Shown: positions 7,086 through 11,183 of the stretch, one piece after another
Layout of the letters: the number at the start of each line of letters is the position of its first letter
Position numbering within the stretch: the stretch's first letter is position 1
NCBI GenBank assembly: GCA_046734915.1
Contig: JBKPSC010000194.1
Coordinates: 1 to 11,183 of the forward strand
Length of the DNA stretch: 11,183 bases
Reading direction: 5' to 3'
DNA from: Acidobacteriota bacterium
GTDB lineage: Bacteria > Acidobacteriota > Vicinamibacteria > Vicinamibacterales > CAVVIG01
The notes under the pieces: generated by a model
What the model was told of the DNA's origin: nothing
The model's input: the letters and a program-made list of their open reading frames with translations, nothing else
Database searches by the model: none
Translations under genes and position numbers: made by a program

Positions 7086-7577
7086 ATGCATCTCTCAGCG
7101 GTGCGCAGGATTCTGTTGGTCGTGGCGTTCGTCAGCCTGGCGGCGCTTCCGGCTTCGGCCCAAACATACACTCTTACCGCAAACCTGTCGGGTGCGAGCG
7201 AAGTCCCGATCATTGGCACCGGAGCCTTCGGCACCGCAACGGTCGTTGTCGACTTGGGGGCGCGCACGGTCAACTACCGTGTCGACGTATTCAACCTTCC
7301 CAGCGGCGTCACGGTCAGCCACATCCACGTCGGTCCGCCTGGATTCGCCGGCCCGGTCGTGATTAATTTCGCCCCACCAGTGACCGCCTCGAACGATTTC
7401 GCGTACAGCGGCACCGTTCGTGACACTGAGTTCGCCCTGCAGCCGAACCTGGGCATTCGTTCGGCAGACGACATGTTCCAGGCCATCATCGGCGGCAACA
7501 CCTACGTGAACGTCCACTCGCAGGTGAACGGTGGCGGCGAAATCCGCGGCCAGTTGACGCTCAGCACGACCCGCTAG
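7086..7577 (+). CDS. Secreted CHRD-domain protein (163 aa).
   Basis: GGAG at 7077-7080, 5 nt before the ATG at 7086. Signal peptide MHLSAVRRILLVVAFVSLAALPASA|QT. CHRD hallmarks: LSGASEVP…GTATVVVDL…VNYRVDV…VTVSHIHVGPPGFAGPVVINF…IIGGNTYVNVHSQVNGGGEIRGQL. Confidence 0.85.
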   Translation: MHLSAVRRILLVVAFVSLAALPASAQTYTLTANLSGASEVPIIGTGAFGTATVVVDLGARTVNYRVDVFNLPSGVTVSHIHVGPPGFAGPVVINFAPPVTASNDFAYSGTVRDTEFALQPNLGIRSADDMFQAIIGGNTYVNVHSQVNGGGEIRGQLTLSTTR

Positions 7578-8905
7578 CCGCGGTAGCGAAGCCGACGCTT
7601 CATCGCCCTCACGGTGCCGCCCGGATCGCGGGCGGCACCGCGTCCCACTGTCCCCAGCAGCCTGGCCGCTTTCGTTGCGTTCCCACCCGACTCGCCGAGC
7701 GCGGCCGAGAGCGCGGTTTTCTCCAGCGCTTCGATTTCCTCCCGGAGATTCATCCGGCCCTCCCGGATCTTGGTCCGGATGAGCGACGCGTCGGCGACCG
7801 GCGTCAGACCGGTCGTCGAGTCGCGGAGAATACGCCGCGGGAGGTCGGACAACAGCAGCTCCTGCCCGGTGCGCTTGTAGACGAGCGACTCGTAGATCAC
7901 GTTGCGCAACTCGCGGATGTTGCCCGGCCACGGATACGTGGCGAGCGCACGCAACGCCTCCGGCTGCACCGATGCCAGCCGCGGCTGCTTCTGCTCCCGC
8001 GCGAACCGATCGAGCATGTGGTCGACGAGCGCCGGGAGATCCTCGAGGCGTTCCCTCAGCGGCGGCAGATGGATGCGGACAATGGCCAGCCGCTCGTAGA
8101 GATCCGCTCCGAAGGCGCCGGCGGCGACCAGCGGCTCGAGATCGCGGTTGGTCGCGGCGATGATGCGGAAATCGACCTCGCGCCACACGTTTTCTCCGAG
8201 CCGGCTGACCGTCCGGTCTTCGAGCACGCGCAGCAGCTTGACCTGGGTTTCGAGCGGCGTGTCGTCGATTTCGTCCAGAAAGACCGTGCCACCCTCCGCC
8301 GCGGCGAGCTGGCCGTCATATGCCTGAACGGCACCCGAGAAGGCGCCACGCGCGTAGCCGAAGAGCTCGGCTTCCATCAACTCGTTCGGGATGGCGGCGC
8401 AGTTGATCGGCACGAACCGGTGCTGGCGCCGAGCCGACCACGTGTGAATCAGTCGGGCAAACACCTCCTTGCCAGTGCCGGTTTCTCCGGTGAGAAGAAT
8501 TGCCATCGAGGTCCGGGCCGCCCGCGCGGCGTGGGCGGCGAGGGCCTCCGAGCGCGGGCTCCTCGCCACGAGGTGGTCGGCTTTCGGCGGCGCCGGCTCC
8601 GGCACCAGCATCTCGTTTAGCCGCGCCATCAGACGGGGCGTGGCATCCGCCGCGCCCGTCCAGATGACGTCGTACGCGCCGCGCAGAATGGCGTCGGCGA
8701 CCTGCGCATCGGGCGGCCGCGCGGCCGTCAGCCACACCCAGCGTCCTCGCGGCAAATCGGGTGACGGGACGCGACGTCCCGAGACGGACGATACGACGTG
8801 CGGCAAATCCTCGGGTGCCTCGCGATCGACGGTCAGGGCCTGTTCGGCCAAGGCCGCCAGCATGACTCGTGACGGCGGCGTTCCCATCCAAGCGATCGAG
8901 TGCAT
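7574..8905 (-). CDS. Sigma-54-dependent transcriptional activator (bacterial enhancer-binding protein, bEBP): degenerate receiver-like N-terminal domain, AAA+ sigma-54 interaction domain, C-terminal HTH.
   Basis: Walker A ([14 protein letters not shown]). Walker B and sensor motifs ([11 protein letters not shown]…). The GAFTGA-loop position reads [12 protein letters not shown], a substituted GAFTGA. Also [12 protein letters not shown]…, [11 protein letters not shown], and a C-terminal Fis-type HTH remnant. The N-terminal ~140 aa resemble only the second half of a REC domain ([31 protein letters not shown]) and lack the canonical acidic pocket. Confidence 0.85.
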   Translation of the reverse strand: MHSIAWMGTPPSRVMLAALAEQALTVDREAPEDLPHVVSSVSGRRVPSPDLPRGRWVWLTAARPPDAQVADAILRGAYDVIWTGAADATPRLMARLNEMLVPEPAPPKADHLVARSPRSEALAAHAARAARTSMAILLTGETGTGKEVFARLIHTWSARRQHRFVPINCAAIPNELMEAELFGYARGAFSGAVQAYDGQLAAAEGGTVFLDEIDDTPLETQVKLLRVLEDRTVSRLGENVWREVDFRIIAATNRDLEPLVAAGAFGADLYERLAIVRIHLPPLRERLEDLPALVDHMLDRFAREQKQPRLASVQPEALRALATYPWPGNIRELRNVIYESLVYKRTGQELLLSDLPRRILRDSTTGLTPVADASLIRTKIREGRMNLREEIEALEKTALSAALGESGGNATKAARLLGTVGRGAARDPGGTVRAMKRRLRYRG

Positions 8906-8911
8906 CTCGTG

Positions 8912-8954
8912 ATTAGAACACGAACATGACAGGATTCAATTCATGATCATGTTC
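8912..8954. promoter_or_regulatory. AT-rich divergent control region with nested palindromes, a candidate enhancer/operator. It also carries a sigma-70-like promoter for the bEBP gene on the minus strand.
   Basis: Region 8906-8980 is ~33% GC against ~68% elsewhere. An inverted repeat GAACATGA (8922-8929) / TCATGTTC (8947-8954). A 10-bp perfect palindrome CATGATCATG (8942-8951). On the minus strand, TTGAAT (8939-8934), a 16-nt spacer, then an extended TGtTCTAAT (-10 hexamer at 8917-8912). This places the transcription start essentially at the bEBP ATG (8905), i.e. possibly a leaderless mRNA. Confidence 0.3.
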
Positions 8955-8983
8955 ACAAACTTTAGTAAAAACAGGCATTTGTG

Positions 8984-9000
8984 GCGGTCCAGGCGATGCA
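8984..9000 (+). promoter_or_regulatory. Weak sigma-54 (-24/-12)-like element upstream of the flotillin gene.
   Basis: GG at 8986-8987 and GC at 8998-8999 with the canonical 10-nt spacing (cGGtcc-aggcg-aTGCa). This matches about 3/6 and 4/5 of the TGGCAC-N5-TTGCA consensus. It lies ~45-55 nt before the candidate ATGs and directly across from the divergent bEBP gene. Confidence 0.2.
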
Positions 9001-9052
9001 CTTACAGGGAGCGGCGGAATGCACCAATCCCCGCCACAAAGGGATGCAGACC

Positions 9053-10858
9053 ATGCTGACGACGCTTATCCCAACCTGGGTGCTCTGGGGCGCCGCCGTT
9101 CTAGCTGCCGCGGCGTTCGCCCTCGCCGCTGTCATTGCCGGCGCCTGGAACATCGGCGCTGGATCGTCGGGCCTGATCGTCAAGCGCTTCGGCCCGCCGC
9201 TTTCGTCCGGACGGATCCTCGCGCTGAACGGCGAGGCCGGATATCAGGCACGGCTGCTGTCGCCTGGCTGGCACTTCGGTCTCTGGCGCTGGCGGTACCG
9301 CATCATCAAGGTGCCTGCGGTCATCGTGCGCCCCGGCCAGATCGCGCTCGTCGTCGCGGCTGACGGCAGTCCGATGCCGTCCGAGCGAGTCCTCGGTCGG
9401 ACGGTCGCCTGTGACAACTTCCAGGACGCCGAGGCGTTTCTGCGGAACGGCGGCGAGCGCGGGCGCCAGACGGCGTTTCTCACCGCCGGTACGTACCGCA
9501 TCAACCCGGCACTCTTCGAGGTCGTGACGATGAAGACTGCCGCGGAGCACGGCATCGCGCCGGCTGATCTCCGCGTCGCGGAGGTTCCTCCCGATCGCAT
9601 CGGCATCGTGACGGTCCTCGACGGCAAGGCGATCCCGTCGGGCGACCTGGCCGGCCCGATCGTTCCGAACCACGACAGCTTCCAGCGCCCGCAGGCGTTC
9701 ATAGATGCGGGCGGCTGCCGCGGACTGCAGGAAGAAGTGCTGATGTCCGGATCGTGGAACCTGAACCCGTGGTTCGTCCACGTCGAGCAGGTGCCGCTCG
9801 TCGAGGTTCCGATCGGCTACGTCGGCGTCGTGGTCAGCTACGTCGGGCGTGAACACCTCGATGTCTCGGGGGAGTCGTTCACGCATGGCGATCTGGTCGA
9901 ACGCGGCCGCAAAGGCGTCTGGGTCGAGCCGTTGCTGCCGGGCAAGCATCCGCTGAACACCAAGGTGATGAAGGTGGAGCTCGTGCCCACGACCAACATC
10001 GTGCTCAATTGGGCGCAGCGGTCGGAAGCGCATCACTACGACGAGCGGCTGTCGTCCATCCTCGTGCGATCGAAGGACGGCTTCTCGTTCAGCCTGGACG
10101 TTTCACAGATCATTCACATCGGCATGCGCAATGCTCCGCGTGTCATCTCACGCGTCGGGTCGATGCAGAACCTCGTCGATCACGTGCTGCAGCCGACCGT
10201 GGGCAACTACTTCCGGAACTCGGCGCAGCAGGTGACGGTGCTCGAGTTCCTGTCGGACCGCGCCGAGCGCCAGCGGCAGGCCGTGGCGAACGTGCGGCAT
10301 GCCATCGAAGCCTACGATATCGAGTGCATCGACACGCTGATTGGCGACATCGCCCCGCCGGCCGATCTGATGAAGACGCAGACCGACCGGAAGATCGCCG
10401 AGGAGCTGGAGCGCACCTACGACGCGCAGCGCGAAGCGCAGATCAAGCGGCAGGCGCTCGAACGCGAGACGTCGGTGGCGAACCTCCAGAACGAAGTCGT
10501 CCGCTCCGAGCAGATGGTCCGCGTGGCGCAGCAGAACGCGCTGGCTGCGGCCGAATCCGCGCGCGGCGAAAGCCAGGCCGTCCAGTTGAGAGCCGAAGGC
10601 CAGGCGGCTTCCGTGCGCATGGCTGGAGACGCCGAGGCGTCAGCCGTCCGGGTCGTCGGCGCGGCGAAAGCGGAAGCCTACAAGCAAGGATCCGACGCGC
10701 TCGGCACGGCGGCCTACACCGCGATGCAGGTCGCGGCAATCCTCGGCGAGCACCACGTCAAGGTCGTGCCCGACATCGCCGTGAGTGGAGAGGCGACGAC
10801 AGGCCTGGCCAGCGCGTTCGTCGCCAGGCTGGTCCACGGGTCTGGCAGCGAACGCTGA
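9053..10858 (+). CDS. Flotillin / SPFH (band-7) family membrane protein, YqiK-like.
   Basis: N-terminal TM helix (LTTLIPTWVLWGAAVLAAAAFALAAVIAGAW). SPFH-type start (GLIVKRFG…LSPGWHFGLW). Long Ala/Glu/Gln-rich coiled-coil flotillin repeats (…AQREAQIKRQALERE…AESARGESQAVQLRAEGQAASV…AKAEAYKQGSDALGTAAYTAMQVAAILGE). The six-frame ORF opens at GTG 8981. In-frame ATGs at 9044 and 9053 are the more likely starts (AAGGGA 10 nt upstream of 9053). Confidence 0.8.
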   Translation: MLTTLIPTWVLWGAAVLAAAAFALAAVIAGAWNIGAGSSGLIVKRFGPPLSSGRILALNGEAGYQARLLSPGWHFGLWRWRYRIIKVPAVIVRPGQIALVVAADGSPMPSERVLGRTVACDNFQDAEAFLRNGGERGRQTAFLTAGTYRINPALFEVVTMKTAAEHGIAPADLRVAEVPPDRIGIVTVLDGKAIPSGDLAGPIVPNHDSFQRPQAFIDAGGCRGLQEEVLMSGSWNLNPWFVHVEQVPLVEVPIGYVGVVVSYVGREHLDVSGESFTHGDLVERGRKGVWVEPLLPGKHPLNTKVMKVELVPTTNIVLNWAQRSEAHHYDERLSSILVRSKDGFSFSLDVSQIIHIGMRNAPRVISRVGSMQNLVDHVLQPTVGNYFRNSAQQVTVLEFLSDRAERQRQAVANVRHAIEAYDIECIDTLIGDIAPPADLMKTQTDRKIAEELERTYDAQREAQIKRQALERETSVANLQNEVVRSEQMVRVAQQNALAAAESARGESQAVQLRAEGQAASVRMAGDAEASAVRVVGAAKAEAYKQGSDALGTAAYTAMQVAAILGEHHVKVVPDIAVSGEATTGLASAFVARLVHGSGSER

Positions 10859-10866
10859 ACGAGGTG

Positions 10867-10892
10867 CCGGGCGCCGCGTCTGCGGCGCCCGG
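10867..10892. terminator. GC-rich hairpin between convergent genes; candidate bidirectional intrinsic terminator.
   Basis: A perfect 11-bp stem, CCGGGCGCCGC (10867-10877), a GTCT loop, then GCGGCGCCCGG (10882-10892). It sits between the flotillin stop (10858) and the vWA gene stop (10908). The plus-strand 3' flank is TCTCGTC, only a weak U-tract. Confidence 0.4.
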
Positions 10893-10907
10893 TCTCGTCG
10901 ATACTGA

Positions 10908-11183
10908 TCAGTCGCGGCGATCCTGCCTGCTCAATTGCTCGGCGGCGTCGATCAGCCGAATGAACTCAGCGCGGTGGCCGTGGCGATCGTCGCCTTTGAA
11001 CCGCGTGGCCAGCAGCCGCGCGCCGGCATACGACGAAGATCCCTTGAAGGCGCTGTCGCGCAGAACCATTCCAAACTCGGCGACGGCGGCGGCGAAATTG
11101 AGTGAAGCCAGCTCTACGCTTTCCCGCCGCACAATCGCCGAGGTGAGCGAGCTGACGACGCCGTCAGGCGCCTTGTACCGGAC
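10908..11183 (-). CDS. C-terminal end of a vWA-domain/DUF3520 (YfbK-like) protein; the 5' part lies outside the window.
   Basis: The open frame runs to the window edge (…VRYKAPDGVVSSLTSAIVRRESVELASLNFAAAVAEFGMVLRDSAFKGSSSYAGARLLATRFKGDDRHGHRAEFIRLIDAAEQL…) and ends at TGA 10908-10910. The FAAAVAEFGMxLRDS block is recalled from the YfbK/DUF3520 C-terminus. Confidence 0.5.
   Translation of the reverse strand, partial: VRYKAPDGVVSSLTSAIVRRESVELASLNFAAAVAEFGMVLRDSAFKGSSSYAGARLLATRFKGDDRHGHRAEFIRLIDAAEQLSRQDRRD

Noticed and set aside
7095-8186. The 363-aa minus-strand ORF ([24 protein letters not shown]…) spanning the CHRD and bEBP genes, and the 8316..8891 / 8018..8620 / 8469..8912 ORFs.
   Set aside because: They are off-frame or antisense overlaps of two well-supported genes, with extreme Arg/Gly content and no motifs.
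8982-8999. An alternative sigma-54 -24 element using the exact TGGC at 8982-8985.
   Set aside because: The spacing from that GG to the TGC at 8997-8999 is 13 nt rather than the near-invariant 10. Only the weaker cGGtcc…aTGCa alignment has correct spacing, so promoter confidence is kept low.
8981-9052. The GTG at 8981 as the flotillin start.
   Set aside because: It would place the start inside the candidate promoter (-24/-12) region and add a non-hydrophobic 24-aa leader (MAVQAMHLQGAAECTNPRHKGMQT) before the TM helix. The ATG at 9044 or 9053 is more plausible. The exact start remains uncertain.
9101-10036. The 311-aa minus-strand ORF antisense to the flotillin gene, and the 9244..9702 / 10443..10739 ORFs.
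   Set aside because: They are antisense to a gene with clear SPFH/flotillin features, and their composition is Arg/Asp-rich. They are spurious.
1-11183. A search for CRISPR arrays, tRNA/rRNA genes, integrase/transposase genes or long direct repeats flanking the toxin locus.
   Set aside because: No repeat-spacer periodicity, no tRNA-like cloverleaf candidates, and no recombinase-like ORFs were seen. The only low-GC stretch is the 75-bp divergent promoter region at 8906-8980. There is no evidence for a mobile element in this window.

Overview
This is a high-GC (~68%) bacterial chromosomal segment with no rRNA, tRNA, CRISPR or recognisable mobile-element genes. A sigma-54 enhancer-binding protein is present, which argues against Actinobacteria. 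The gene content (DUF5916/CBM9-like outer-membrane protein, CHRD-domain protein, flotillin) fits a Gram-negative soil lineage such as Gemmatimonadota or Acidobacteriota.

Genes, left to right:
- An AraC-family regulator N-terminal (DUF6597-like) ORF on the minus strand that appears frameshifted.
- A small secreted bacterial RNase A-like (CdiA-CT RNase A family) toxin gene broken by a single in-frame TAG codon.
- A translationally coupled downstream ORF (GTGA stop/start overlap) that is the positional immunity or inhibitor candidate.
- A large MASE1 plus three-PAS sensor histidine kinase on the minus strand, with no response regulator gene next to it.
- A 73-aa 2TM-type membrane protein with a good Shine-Dalgarno (SD) site.
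- A 765-aa CBM9-like/DUF5916 outer-membrane protein on the minus strand.
- A secreted CHRD-domain protein.
- A sigma-54-dependent activator on the minus strand with a degenerate receiver-like N-terminus.
- A flotillin/SPFH protein transcribed divergently from that activator, across a conspicuous AT-rich (~33% GC), palindrome-bearing intergenic region.
- The 3' end of a vWA/DUF3520 (YfbK-like) gene on the minus strand.

The most interesting item is the degraded secreted RNase toxin with an apparently intact, translationally coupled partner gene. Next is the divergent activator/flotillin unit, which resembles a Psp-like membrane-stress module. Most other six-frame ORFs are Arg-rich antisense artefacts of high GC content. 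All family assignments are from motif recognition by eye; no searches were run.
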